From Lama guanicoe (lineage: Eukaryota), in contig MU056050.1 in NCBI GenBank assembly GCA_013239625.1, positions 5,961,366-6,025,365 of the forward strand: a stretch of DNA of 64,000 bases, read 5' to 3'. The notes beneath the pieces are model-generated. The model was not told where the DNA came from. It ran no database searches and saw only the letters and a list, made by a program, of their open reading frames with translations. Positions 1-12,864 of the stretch are shown piece after piece. A program made the position numbers and the translations under genes. Each line of letters opens with the position of its first letter. Positions within the stretch are counted from its first letter, which is position 1.

Positions 1-99
1 TCGCTAGAAATAAACTGGTATAAGGAAGAGTACGTTCTCTAAACAAAGAGGTCTTGGTTAAGTCATGTTGATGTACATAAAGCCGTGCATAATATTAGA

Positions 100-235
100 G
101 TTAAATCTTGATTTTGCAATTGGGGAACTCAAGTGCCAAAAAAGTGAGGTGACGTCTCTGAAATCACAGTTAGCAAGACTCAGAGCAAGACTAGAATCCA
201 GTTCTTTTGCTTTGGAGCCCAATGATTCATTTTCG
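100..235 (-). mobile_element. MIR SINE fragment
   Basis: Degenerate antisense MIR core (GGGGAACTCAAGTG...GAAATCACAGTTAGCAAG...CTAGAATCCAGTTCT). Confidence 0.6.
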
Positions 236-769
236 CCCCCATGCCACTAACTCACAACTAACAATTGATATGGTGAATTACTGCACTTGATCCTAAGAAT
301 TGCAAACAATTTCAGGTGTTTGGTGGAGACAAGGCATCATGCACCAGGCTGACAGTTGTCTATTTAATATATGGTTAACTGTCAATTACTTCTGCCAAAA
401 AGGAAGCCATGTCAAGAAAAATCCAAAATACTGGATACATCTCCAAATCATTTGAGTTTAACACATTTTTCAAAGTTATATCATTTAAAGTAAGCCATGT
501 GCTCTTGAAAGGTTATCTGCAAAAAAGCTATTTGTAAAGTGAATCATCCTTTCTCCCTTGATTTATAGTAATTTCTAAGATATGATCTTAGAAAAAGATA
601 AAATACACTGTTTTCAAGACAGCCCAATCCTTTCAAAATCATTAAGATGTCTTTAATGTACGATGAACACCTGAAAAACACTCCTTGGAGCCTGCGGGAA
701 ACAATTCACACCCCATAGCATGCCATCCAAAGTTTCCAACCTCAGATCCCCAACCTAACTTTGTAAATC

Positions 770-1030
770 CATCTCCTCTCACACATATCTACACCAACCA
801 CTTCTTCTAATGACACAAACCCATTAGCTCTTCCCCAAACACACTATGCACACTCAGGTTTTCTCTATTCCTCTGCTCATACTGTTCCCTGGTTTTGAAA
901 ATTACCTTCTCCATCATCACTGGTCAAATGTCCTATCTGTTTTTCAAGATCCAGATTGAAATTCACTTCCCCATGAAGCCTCCTCTGGTCACTCCATAGA
1001 GAAGTACTCTGTCCCTTCTCCACACCTCCC
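770..1030 (+). mobile_element. L2 LINE 3' region fragment
   Basis: CTCTGCTCATACTGTTCCCT...TTCAAGATCCAGATTGAAATTCACTTCCCCATGAAGCCTCCTCTG resembles the L2 3' region. Confidence 0.6.
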
Positions 1031-1119
1031 AAAGGAAGAGCAAGCAGAATTCGAGAGCAACCTAGTTCTGGGACACATTTAAGGTATTACTTCCCCTTAA
1101 AACGTAGGTCAAATCTACC

Positions 1120-1300
1120 ATTCATTCATCTATCCTTAAAATGTGCTCTGTACTAGAGGTCAGCTCACTGTTAAGAATATCACAATGCACAAGAAGAAAG
1201 AGTCCATGCTTTCAAGGAGTTCACAGTCAAGTTGGAGAGGCAAACAACTAAATAGGCAATTATAATTAAATTACAATGAGTGCTCTGATAAGATAAGTTC
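1120..1300 (-). mobile_element. L2 LINE 3' end
   Basis: CATTCATTCATC...GTCCATGCTTTCAAGGAGTTCACAGTC...GAGTGCTCTGATAAG is typical antisense L2 terminus. Confidence 0.6.
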
Positions 1301-1304
1301 TGGA

Positions 1305-1966
1305 CTTGCTCAGGACCTGTCACATCTTGTCTAGTATTTCTCCCTTTTGAAATGGCAATGTATATCCTCCGACTGTCTTAACACAGTACTTTGGAAGCAT
1401 GGAACTTGTCTGCTTTCAGAGTCACAGATGGAGAGCAGTTTGCTTCAGAACGAATGTATCTTGAATCCCATTCATATCTGATTTAGATGATATTTAGATA
1501 AGACTTTGGGCTTTAGGTTTTTAAGCTGATGCTGGAACAAGTTAAGAGTGTTGGGGCTATTGAAATGGAATGAATGTATTTTGCATATGAGAAGAACGTG
1601 AATTTTGGGGAGCCAGGGGACAGAATGCTATAGATGATTGAATATTCAATTTATGTGTCCCCCAAAACTTGTATTGTGAAATCAAATCCCCAATGTGATA
1701 TTTGGAGGTGGAGCCTTTAGGAACCCTCATGAATGGCATTAGTGCCCTTACAAAGGAAAGCCCTCCCCTTCTTCCACCACGTGGGGTTACAGTGAAAAGA
1801 TGGTCATCGATGAACAAGGAACTCAGCTCTCACCATACACCCAATCTGCCAGCACCTTCATCTTGGACTTCCCAGTCTCCAGAACTATGACAAATAAATT
1901 TGTGCTATTTATAAGTCACCCAGTTTATGGTACTTTGTTACAGCAGCCTGAACAAAGACAAAGACA
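1305..1966 (+). mobile_element. MaLR: MLT1 internal 3' end plus MLT1A0-type LTR (LTR 1626-1966)
   Basis: Purine tract GGGGAGCCAGGGGACAGAA, then TG...CA LTR containing TCTTGGACTTCCCAGTCTCCAGAACT and AATAAA. Confidence 0.85.
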
Positions 1967-1989
1967 AATGGTGAAAGAGGAGAAAACCA

Positions 1990-2453
1990 AGGATTATTTT
2001 TAGAGGTCTCCAGCTGGGACCACTAGAAGTTATTTACTCCGACAAGAAACACAGGAAAAGAAGTAAACTATGAAGACAGATTGAGAAGTGAGGAAAGATG
2101 ATTTTTTTGAGGTATGCTGAGTCTGAGGTCCTTGTATCACTCAGCACTGCATCTGGCATCCAGGAAAGATTCACTTCATGTTTATTTTTTAAAAACTGAT
2201 TTTAAAGAGACAAGTAGACCAAGATGAGCTCATAAAATAGACTGACAAGGGATGCCAGTAAGGTTGGAGAAAAAAACGAAACAGTGAGTAATTTCACCAA
2301 AGTCAAAAATAGAGTGTATTTTAAGATAAAAGTTCTGGTCTAACAGTCAAACGCTGCCAAGATGTCAAATAAAATATTAAAAACATCTACTGAATTTGTC
2401 AATGAAATGTTGTTGGTTTCAGTATCGTGAGTGTAGAAGCCAAAGTTGAACAT
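1990..2453 (-). mobile_element. L2 fragment, interrupted by L1 and resuming at about 4907-5070
   Basis: Antisense L2 motifs on both sides of the L1 join into one continuous L2 when the L1 is removed. Confidence 0.6.
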
Positions 2454-2469
2454 GTTTAAAAGTAGATGT

Positions 2470-4890
2470 TGCTGGGACTTCCCCTTCTGGCCAAGATGGA
2501 CTAGCAGGACCCAAACATACCCTCCCGCTTGAAATAATTAATAAAAAGGAATAAAATATATAAAACTGCAGTTTTCAGACACTGGACACCAAGCAACAAA
2601 TGACAGTGATCCTTGAGGAATGGGGAACAATTGAGGTGAGCCTGACACCTACGACTGCCTGAGCTTACTACCTGAAAAGAGCTGCTAGGCTACGGCACAA
2701 GGAGGGTAAACCTAGACCTAACTTAATAGAATTTTTGAGTTGCTAAGATGGAGCTAGAAGTCTGGAGAGGTCCGGAGGTTAGAGTTTGTTTGGCAAGTTT
2801 CTGAATAGCAGAGAACACCACAGAAAGAACTCTGGAGACCTGGGGAGTCCGCCTTGAATATTCAGTTGAGTATTGATTAGCACATCCATGCGAGGTAATT
2901 TCCCACTTCTGGAGGGGAAAAAAAAAACATTATTAAAGGATTAGCGCGAACAATACTAAGAGCTCATGCAGGGCAGGAAATAATGCCTGTTCACAAAGAA
3001 AGGAAAAAGGTTATTTCAGAATGATAAACAGGTCAATTTAAGAGGGTGTAACAGTCTTAAACATGTATGCACTTAACAACGGAGCTGCAAAATACGTGAA
3101 GCAAAACCTGACAGAGGTGAAAGAAGTTTAAAAACCCTCAAATATAGTTGAGAACTGTAACATCTCCCTCTCAGCAACTAACATTACTACCAGACACAAT
3201 ATCAGTAAGGATAGGAAAGAACTGAATAACATGCAATTGATATAGATAGAACACTTCACCCAACAACAGAAGAATATTCTTTTCAAGTGCACATGGAACA
3301 TTTTTCTAGGCCATAACACAAGTCTCAAATTTAAAATAATTCAAAAATCACAGAAGGCATTTAAAAAAAAAAAGCACCAGAGTGCAAGTTAGAATTAATT
3401 AATAGAAAGATCTCTCACAAATATTTTATAAACACGACATACTTATATGTGACCAATGGATTAAACAAGGAAGCAAAAGGGAAATTAAAAACTATTTTGA
3501 ATTGAATGAAAATGAAGAACACAGAATATGCAAATTTGTAGGGTGTAGCTAACATAGTGGTTAGAAGAGGATTTATAGCATTAAATGTGTACATTTGAGA
3601 GGAAAAACGTCTTCTACTTATGAACCTAGAAAAGAGTAAATGTAACCCAAAATAAGCAGAACAAACAAAAAGAAAAGAAATAATAAAAACTAGAGTGGAA
3701 ATCTGTGAAACAGGAGGCAAAGAAACAACAGAGAAAAATCAATGACAACAAAAACTGTTTCTTTGAAAGGACCAATAAAAATGAGAAGCCTACAGTGAAG
3801 CTGATCGGGAGAAAAAAAGAAACAAATTAACAATATAAAAAATGAGAGCAGTGACACCAGTACAGATTCTACAAATATTTAGAGACTATTAAGAGAATAT
3901 TATGAAGAACTTTTGCTGAGGTGAAACTGACATATTCCTTGCAAGACAGAAAGTACCAAAGCTCACTCAAGGATAAATAGATAACCTGGATAGACTCATA
4001 CCTATTAAAAGAATTGAATGCGTAGTTAAAAACCTTCCCACTAAGAAAACTCCAAGCCCAGATGGTTTCACTGTAGAATTCTAGCAAACATTTAAAGAAT
4101 ACTACCAGGAGGGGCCAAGATGGCAGAGTAGAAGGACTCTCGTAGCTCACCCCCTCCCACAGATAAAGAATAAATACTACCAATTCAATACAAACTCTTC
4201 TAGAAAGTTGAAGGGGAAGAAATACTTCCCAACTCATTCTATGAGGCCAAAGATATTATAAGAAAACAAAGCAAAATTTAACCTCTCAAATCTAAACACA
4301 TTTAAAAGGGATAGTAAATCACTACCAAGTGCGGTTTATCCTAGTATTGCAAGGTTGATTTAATATTTGAAAGTCAATCAAAGTAAGTCACCATCGATCA
4401 AAAAAATAAAGACATATGATCACCTCAAAAGGTGCAGAAAACACATCTGACAAAAATCCACCACCCACTCCTGATGAGGGAAAACAAACTTACAAGTTGG
4501 TAAATAAGGGAACTTTCTCAACCTGATAAAAGGCATCTATAAAAAAATTACAGCTAACAATCTACTGACACATGCCATAACATGGTTGAAGTTTAAAAAT
4601 ATCATACTTAGCCAAAGTCAGATATAAAAATGTACATGCTACACTCCATTGACTCCATTGCTATGAAACTCTAGAAAAGACTAATCTATAGTGACAAAAA
4701 ACAAAGAAGTCATTACCTGGGGCTGGGTGGTGGAGGACTGACTGGGAAGGGGAAACAGACTTTTGAGGTGATGAAAATATTCTATATTACGACTGTGGTA
4801 ATGGTTACACAACACGTATGTATTTGTCAAAATTCAATGTACATTTTAAAAGTATGCATCTTATATGTAAATTACACCAATAAAGTTGAA
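2470..4890 (+). mobile_element. Ancient L1 (L1MC/MD type), internally deleted: 5'UTR, part of ORF2 and 3'UTR
   Basis: 5' end GGGACTTCCCCTTCTGGCCAAGATGG; ORF2 remnants (CCAAGCCCAGATGGTTTCACTG; CCCAACTCATTCTATGAGGCC); 3' end with AATAAA; TSD GTTTAAAAGTAGATGT (2454-2469) / GTTTAAAAGTACATGT (4891-4906). Confidence 0.85.
4108..4163 (+). mobile_element. 5'-terminal 56 bp of a younger L1 with no tail, inserted in old L1 ORF2
   Basis: GGAGGGGCCAAGATGGCAGAGTAGAAGGAC is an L1 5' start motif (compare 44229); flanked by AATACTACCA at 4098-4107 and 4173-4182. Confidence 0.7.
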
Positions 4891-5486
4891 GTTTAAAAGT
4901 ACATGTAGGTGAGGAGGCAGAGACAGTTTACCCTAGTCTTTGAAACATTTTGGCTAAGAAGAAGAATATGGGATTAAAGGCCAGGGGGTTTTTTTGTTTA
5001 TATGTTAAGGAGTCGACTTACTTGAGACGGGTTAAAAACTGAGAAGGGAGGAAGGGACTGCAGATACGGAAGACAGCCTGCTGTAGTCCTACCATCTCTT
5101 CCAGCGATCCAAATTTCAGACTTTCCTATGAGATAGGAGTCTCCTTGTAATCAGACGTGTTAAGATTTGGAAATGTGTGTGAAGCTATCTGGACTTCCAA
5201 CGAGAAATCTCAAGCAGGCCAAAAGTTTGTCTCTGGGCAGCCTATGTGAAATACTCTCCCTTCTAGCAAACCTCAATGAATTACCTAGGCCTCGACTACT
5301 GGTAAGAAGTGGAGAATTGCTCCCCTCTTTCCCCAATTTTGAGAAGGCTGCCCTTTTAATGTCGAAAGTTAGCTCTCACAAATGTTGCAAGATTCTGAAC
5401 TTGCATTAAATGTTTTTTTAACTATCAAGTGAGACTTACTCCATCTGAAGTCTTCTTTGTCCAATTTCTGGTTAAACCGCTTGTTC

Positions 5487-6395
5487 TTTTTTTAACTGAA
5501 TTATAGTTGATTTACAATGTTGTGTTAGTTTCTGTTGTACAGCAAAGAGACTCAGTTATACATATATGTGTATATATATTCTTTCTCAGATTCTTTTTTA
5601 TTATGGTTTATTACAAGATATTGAATATAGTTCCCTGTGCTATACAGTAGGACCGTATTGTTTATTTTATATATAATAGTTTGTATCTGCTAATCCCAAA
5701 CTCCTAATTTATCCCTTCCCCCACACCCTTCCCCCCAGTATCCATAAGTTTGTTTTCTATGTCTGTGAGTCTGTTTCTGTTTTGTAAATAAGTTCATCTG
5801 TATCACATTTAGAGTCCACATATAGGTGATATATATTTGTCTTTGACTTACTTGACTTACTATGATAATCTCTAGGTCCATCCATATTGCTAAGAATGGC
5901 ATTACTTCATTTGCTTTTATGGCTGAGTAGTGTTCCATTGTGTGTGTGTGTGTATATACACACACCATAACTTCTTTATCCAGTCATCTTTTGGACATTT
6001 AGGTTGCTTCCATGTCTTGGCTATAGTGAATAGTGCTGCTATGAACACTAAGGTGGCATGTATCTTTTCGAACTAGAGTTTTGTCCAGATATATGCCTGG
6101 GATGGGATTCATGAATCATAGGATAACTATTTTTACTTTCTTAAGGAATCTCCATACTGTTTTCCATAGTGGCTGCACCAAACTGTATTCCCACCAGCAG
6201 TGTAGGAGGGTTCTCTTTCCTCCATAGCCTCTCCAGCATTTATCATTTGTGGACTTTTAAATGATGGCCATCCTGACCGGTATGAGGTGATACCTCCTTG
6301 TAGTTTCGATTTGCATTCTCTGATAATTAGCAATATTGAGCATTTTTTCATGTGCCTATTGGCCATTTGTATGTCTTCTTTGGACAAATGTCCAT
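5487..6395 (-). mobile_element. 5'-truncated L1 (ORF2 C-terminus plus 3'UTR)
   Basis: ORF 6133..6387 ([16 protein letters not shown]) is L1 ORF2 C-terminal; poly-T at the left end; TSD TTAAACCGCTTGTTC (5472-5486) / TTAAACCTCTTATTC (6396-6410). Confidence 0.92.
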
Positions 6396-7221
6396 TTAAA
6401 CCTCTTATTCACTTTACCCACCAACTTGTGGACTGCTTTGAATTTTAAAAACAGTTTAATTTGGTTACTCAGGATGGAACTCCTTTCCCAAATGCATTTT
6501 AATTCTCAGCATCGATATACTAGGGAAGTTTTCCAAGTAAGATCTGCAATTAAACAGGGGCTATCAACGTCAAAACCCAAAGGGGTGATTCTAATGCTGG
6601 AGGTTTCAAATGCTTTGGCACACCAGTGGGCTAAATGATTCAGGAATGAAAGAAGCTTTTAGTACTAGGTGCCATTTGCACAAATGGCTCTCATGACCAT
6701 TAGCCTTGGAAGCTTAAACATAAGAAAGTGAAGCAAGACAAACTAGCCAAGATTGCATCGTGTCTTTAATAAAAAGAATGTCAGACACGTTTTCAAAGAG
6801 AACTTACACTTTCATCCTAGCTTCTAACCTCAGAATTAGGGGCCACATTTCTCATACCCTCACTTCAGCCCTGTGGCTTCTAGGATAAAAGTATATATAT
6901 ACATATATATACATAGCATTTGTTATCATATGAAAACAGGTCACTCCTGTCCTATTAGCCAGGTAAGCATTTTGCTTTAGTGGAAGTAATGGACAAACAC
7001 TACAGCATCCTTAACTTCTTTCCTGGTCCCTTTTATGACCCATAATACGTGTATCTGAGGTAGCTGGCCAGGGTTAGGGCTCGGCATAGGGACTCACTTG
7101 TGACAGGGCTAGAGTTCAGCCCATGATCAAGGTCAGGGTCTCAGCCTCAGGCTGAGACAGAGACTATGTTGAGAGGTAAAACCTATGGCCTGGGTTCAAG
7201 TCCGTAGCCAGAAGCAGACTC

Positions 7222-7305
7222 AAGCTACCCGGCCCAAATTAGAAGGAACTTACAACCTTGGTCTCATTAGCACAAGACTCTGACCAGCCGAGTTAAGTAG
7301 GCAGC
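7222..7305 (-). mobile_element. tRNA-Ile(AAT)-derived SINE head (MamSINE1-like) or tRNA pseudogene
   Basis: Reverse complement TTAACTCGGCTGGTCAGAGTCTTGTGCTAATGAGACCAAGGTTGTAAGTTC aligns with tRNA-Ile TTAGCTCAGTTGGTTAGAGCGTGGTGCTAATAACGCCAAGGTCGCGGGTTC; stems are degenerate. Confidence 0.65.
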
Positions 7306-9769
7306 ATCTGCTCTGGAAGAGTCTGAGCATGCGCCCTGGGAGCCACTACTTGTGGGTCCTTCAACCTCTGCTGACAATTAGCTGAGAAAGCCATTTCCTC
7401 TCACCATGCTTCCCATTACCCAATCTTCTGAGTGCGGAACATGATCATTATTTCTCACCATGGGATGAGGAGGTAGAGTGGGAGGCGAGCAAGGAAGGGG
7501 CAATGAGCTTGAATTAATATCTGCAGCTTGTTTCCTCCCCTGTCCTACAAGCCTTTGTCTCATTTAAAACAAAGCCCAGCTTCCGATTTTAACCCTCCAA
7601 GCATCATCAGCTCTTTCATGTTGCTCCTACCCACAATTTGAGCACTTTCTGGTTTTCTGACATGTGAGTGTCTTATTTCCCCCTCCAGCACACTACCATA
7701 ATTGGTTCTTTTCTCTGTTGTTTGTGTTCCTTTCTGACCTCCCTCCCTCCGCGAACGCATGCATGGATATACACACACACACACATTTTGCAATCACAAG
7801 TGTTAAGGGTTGCAAAGATTTGCAATAACATCTGGATTCCAGTTAGAAATCTTAAGCAAGCAGAGAAGTACGCACACTGCTTCTTCAGGAGTTAAAGGGT
7901 CCTAGCCCTTTCAGAAAGAAATTCACTTAACAGCATCTTGATGCAAGGCGATGACTGTACTAGACACTAAAGTGGAAGGACGTGCAAGATCTGGCATCAT
8001 TCAATCACCCTGTGGGCTAAAAGTTTTGCCTAGTTCCCAGGCTGCCCCTGACAGCACACCCCAGAACCCCAGCAGCTCCTGGGGTATGAGTAGCTCCCAA
8101 AAAGTTTCATCTTGGTCCTTGACAAGTAAAACTCAACGTGCACGTAACAGGTCAAGAGGAGTACTTAGGTTACAGAACTGATGATGTTTTTGCCGCTGAT
8201 CCCGATGATTATAGATCATTTAAGCTTTTAGATCAGGATATTATTATTTGAAATCTTTTTTCTCCTGGTAGTGCCATCTCCACCCCAATGACCACCAGTG
8301 CTTCCCCAACTCCACCAGTTCAGTGGTTCTGTTTATTTCTTCAGGGAAGAACACAAAACAAACACAGGGGGGAAAGTTTTTCAGCTTTGGTGTCCAAAAG
8401 CTTAGGTCCTGAGGGCAATTGAGAGGAGAAAGGGTAAAGTCAGTAAGTTTATTGAGGAGAGAAGTATTTCCTGTTTCTTGAGACTAGAAAACCACCTTCG
8501 CTGTGATAAGGGAAGAGACCAAGAAACAGTAAAACTATAGATGTGACTCGAACCCAGTGAGGGGGGAGATCTTTGCAACCTACTTTATGACCAAAAGCTT
8601 GAGAGATGGAGAGGAAAAGAATTCTCTGAGCCTGATTGTGGCCTGGAAGAAGCAAAATGATTTCCAAGTCCTCAAATGAAGCATGTAATTATTGGAGGAA
8701 GCCATTAGGGATTACGGGGATAGGTGGAGGGAAGGCAAAGGGGATGGTAAAGGGGCCGGCTGCCTGGGAGACGACACGGAAGATAAGATGGCTCCCCAGT
8801 GTCCACAGCCCTGGGAAGAGAAGGAGGCATCCTTGAACAAAACAAGAGAGTTCTGCCAGCTGAGGGCTAGAAGGAGTCAAGAAGAAATTAAGTCGCACTA
8901 GACAAACCTAAATTTGTGGGCTGAGATTTGAACACACCACCCCAAGATGTAGATGTTGACCGTGTCCCTGAACTAGTCCACTTTCTGCGTTGCTCAAATT
9001 TAGCTGAAGCTGATTCTTGGGGATGGAGGGCAGTGTCGTTGAGCAGTGTCAACTCCCAGTTGGTTAGGAAAACAGAGGTCCCGAAACGCATCTCACAGGT
9101 GCAAGTAAGATCAACCTGTAACTGCATGTAAAAATTAGACAGCAATTAAATGAGGACCATGATGCCTGCAGATGGTACAGTTTTCCCCAGGAGAACCTGT
9201 CTGTCAAATTTCAGCTACATATACAGAGGTGTCATCAGACACTTGTAGAGTGTAACTCATTTTCTTGTCAGTCAAGTATCTGATCTGAGGCACACAGCAG
9301 TATTTAACTTACAGCTCTAGACACACAGGAACTGGTGCTCACTCGCACACACATGTGCACATCACAGTGTTTAAAAATCAAAGCCTCCAGGTGCACACAA
9401 ATATCCTCTCCTCCAGTAATTACCTTAGTTCCAGGGACACTTCAGAGGGGCTCCCTGTTGTCAACAGTCTCCCTCTTTGTGTCTTACCTCAATGCTCTCT
9501 TGAGCTTTGTCACCTTCAGTCCAGACATGACTGGAGGCCCAGCTTCTCTGGACCATGCTCCACCTCCGATAAGTTGGCTCCATCTTTCATTTCTTCAATT
9601 CTGACACCCAGGCTACGTTTTCCCACTTCCCTCCTCTGACCATTTGTCAGTCTTCTCCCCACAAAATTACCAGCACTGTGATTTTTCCTAGATTTCCCTC
9701 ACTGGTTCCAGATGTCTGTGTCATCTCTTTTCCGACTTAACAAGGTTCTGCCTAAGGAGGCAGCAGAGG

Positions 9770-9930
9770 GTCATGACCAAAAGCACCAGACTTGAAGTGC
9801 TTACACTCAAAAAGCTTCAAGTTCAGGTGTCTTCCAGCCATGTACTAGCTGGGAACCTTTGGACAAAGGACTTCATGGTTCCCAGGCCTTGGTTTCCTCA
9901 TTGAAAAATTTGAGGGTTGAATGAGACCAA
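9770..9930 (+). mobile_element. MIR
   Basis: TACTAGCTGGGAACCTTTGGACAAAG...CCTTGGTTTCCTCATTGAAAAAT core. Confidence 0.6.
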
Positions 9931-11159
9931 GATCCTGTAAGCTAGAGACCAGTATGGTGAACTGGGCCCACTGATAGATTTTGTTTGGCCTACATGGTGT
10001 TCAGTTTTTTCATGATTGTGGGTAGAGAATACATCCTATTCTTTCCCAACGTGCCCACCACTCTTTTAATGCCTTCCCCCCAGCTTCCCTCATGAACACC
10101 ACACTTAGGACCACTGGGTCAGGCCCTGGGTACCTCATGTCCGTTCAGCTCTGATGGCTCTTTATGCTTTGTCATTCTTTTCCTCTTCCGACAAGCACTT
10201 CCCACTCGGCAAGAGCTAGGACTAGGCTTTTACAGGTGGTATTTGGGACTTCAGTTGTCTGTCTAGCCATCATTCACAAAGAATGCACCCCACGCACATT
10301 GATCCACAGCTCTCTTCTGTCTCTGCCCCTTCCACAGCACCAGCCAGTCACGTGACATGAGACAGTCTGTCCCAGGATGTGCCCCTATTCAGCACCCTCT
10401 GGAGTGCTGAGTCCAACAACAGGGAGCACCACCCGGGTTTCAATCCCTTCAAAGAGAAAGCCTTTAAAATGTTCATAAAAGCAGCTCAGCAGGCTTTCTA
10501 GATATCAAATCTCTCTTACAAAGCAACATTTTGATGTGTTAAATGTAAATCAATTGGAAGCACATGGATTCAATAGGGCCTAAAATGTGCCCAGGCTTAA
10601 AAACGAAGGAAAACAGCTTAGTGCAGTGTCGGGGGATGTTTGCTAGTTGTAAAATATTGGAGGGTAGAGGGTTTTGAGATTCCATAGAATCTCAGCTACA
10701 GTGAGGTTTCTGGATCCTGTCCCCATCCCTTTCCCACCTTCTCACTCCAGTTCAGTCCAAAAGTAAGACCAAGTCACTAACCAGAAATAAAAAGCAGATG
10801 CTGATGGTACCCTCATCCTGGGGGAGACCTGTGTCCATAGCCCTCAGGTAGCCCCATGTCTGCCGGTAGACTCCCTAGTATAGCTGCATGGCTGGGAAGG
10901 CATTCTCTTCAATAACAAGTTTCAAATCTGATGGAGAGAAATTCCTGCTCTCAGGGAACTCCCTACCCAGCTAGTAACACTAAAACAACATGCAGAGCAT
11001 ATTTGATCAGAAGATCACAGAGATTCAGATCCTAAAGCTGGTAAACAAAGCAAAACTATGATTCAGATTGTCGCTAGATTTATAGTCTCTGCTACTTAGA
11101 ATAATTTAATTTGTGGATGCCGATAATAACAATAATGCTCCAATAATGCAATGGTAATA

Positions 11160-11218
11160 ATGTAATACTACTCTCTCTCCTCCTCCTCCACTACTACTAC
11201 TACTAATAATAATAAATA
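11160..11218. repeat. Compound (CTC)n(TAC)n(TAA)n microsatellite at a MIR tail
   Basis: CTCCTCCTCCTCCACTACTACTACTACTAATAATAATAAAT read directly. Confidence 0.8.
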
Positions 11219-11219
11219 A

Positions 11220-11435
11220 GGTCGTCCACTTATCAGGGCCCTTACGTGACAGGCACTGAGCTAGGCATTTAATATCCGTGTGAATACCTCTTCTTACTTA
11301 ATCCAGCCAGCAACCCTGCAAGGTAGGTATTAACAGCCCCACGTGGAAGACATGCAAACAGTCTGACAACAGGTTAGAAGCAGTTCATACATATGTAGGT
11401 GCTTTTGGTCACACATACTCTACCAACCACTGTAT
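11220..11435 (-). mobile_element. MIR
   Basis: CAGGCACTGAGCTAGGCATTT...CAACCCTGCAAGGTAGGTATTAACAGCCCC. Confidence 0.7.
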
Positions 11436-12339
11436 TTTTATTCCCTTTCTTCAGGAACAAGGCCAGCTAAACATTACGTTCTTCCCCTTTCTATATTCCC
11501 CTTCCAACAAAAACTTACGTTCCTTACTCCGCAGAAAGCCACGCATTGGACTCTAAACACCCTGGGTGTCCAATCCATAGTGGTAACTAAATGACTGGCT
11601 GACCTTCAGGTTTGATTCTGAGAGAACCATACACAAGCAGCACTGCTGGTGGCCAGGTGTCACACACCGTCCCCAGCACTGAGCCATGAGTCTGTGGTTG
11701 TCTTGGCCAGGAGATAAATCTGAGATCAAGACAACCCTACTGCACAGTGACTGTTCCCATCCCATCTGACGACTGGGGCTTGCTCGCAGGGCAGGCCTAT
11801 CACCCTGGCACAGCTCCTCCTCCTCAGGCTTACAAGTGCCACCAGCTCACCAGCTGTGTCCAACAAAACCTAATCCCCTTTTATGCTCAAGCCAGGTGGG
11901 ACCAGGGGATCACCTGGTCTCAGTGTGTAGAAATGCCATGGGCTAGAGAGTCAAGGGTGGTGAGCCACAGAGTAAAGTCCAGAACCAGAAGACCTGGGCA
12001 GACGGCAGCACCCCGCCAGGGTGCAGGTACCATCAGGGTCAAACCCAGCCAGTCTTGGCTAGCAAAGCCAAGGGCCAGATTCAAGCCTGCAGTCAGAGGT
12101 TGAGGCCAAGGTCTGAACTTGGCTAGGGAGAGTCATAGGGATTTCTTGACCAACCCAACCTGGAGGACAATGACTAAACCAACGAAACTTGAAGCTTCCA
12201 AAGGGCATAATTATAGTCCTTTTCAAAATTTGTTATCCCTATCACTCCTCATGCATATGAATTCTTGCCAAGAAACTCATTATTTCCCATAAAATTAGGG
12301 AGCTAGTTGACATTCTGCATAGGGAATACATGCCAGGTA

Positions 12340-12555
12340 GCCTGGGTTCAAATCCCAGCCCCACCACTTACCCTACCTGCCTGACCTGGGACAAGTTTCT
12401 TCACTTCTCCATGCCTCTGCCTTTCGCCACCTGTAAAATGGGGGTAAGAACAGTACCTCCGTCAGCACTGCTGTAATGATTCAATGAATACACACATAGG
12501 AAGCTCACAAAACAGAGCCTGGGAAGTGCTTAATACACACTGGCTTATTGTTATC
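12340..12555 (+). mobile_element. MIR
   Basis: CCTGGGTTCAAATCCCAGCCCCACCACTT...TGACCTGGGACAAGTT...CTGTAAAATGGGG. Confidence 0.85.
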
Positions 12556-12864
12556 ATAGCAGATGAACATCGAGTGGCACTGAGGGGAGGAGGGGTAGGT
12601 ACGGGCATCCCAGAGCCCAACCCCGCACTGGGCACACTTTGAAAATCAGTGCTTGGGTACCACCTTTCACCAGTCCAAAAGCCTCCTCTATAGCGCCTGA
12701 CGTCTTAACACTTTCAGTGATGAGGACCTCATTACTTTAAAAACATGTCACCATCTCTAATTATTCCAAACATCCAAGTCTCCTCATATTGACTCAAAAT
12801 TTACCACCTGGTAGTGTGGGAGCTGCCACTAATGCAAGAGGCAAAAGGGTAGAGCAAAAAGCAG

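Noticed and set aside
11900..12140. Possible ancient LTR-like fragments (also about 7050-7210 and 24850-25000)
   Set aside because: Purine-rich text is suggestive, but I cannot assign a family or boundaries.
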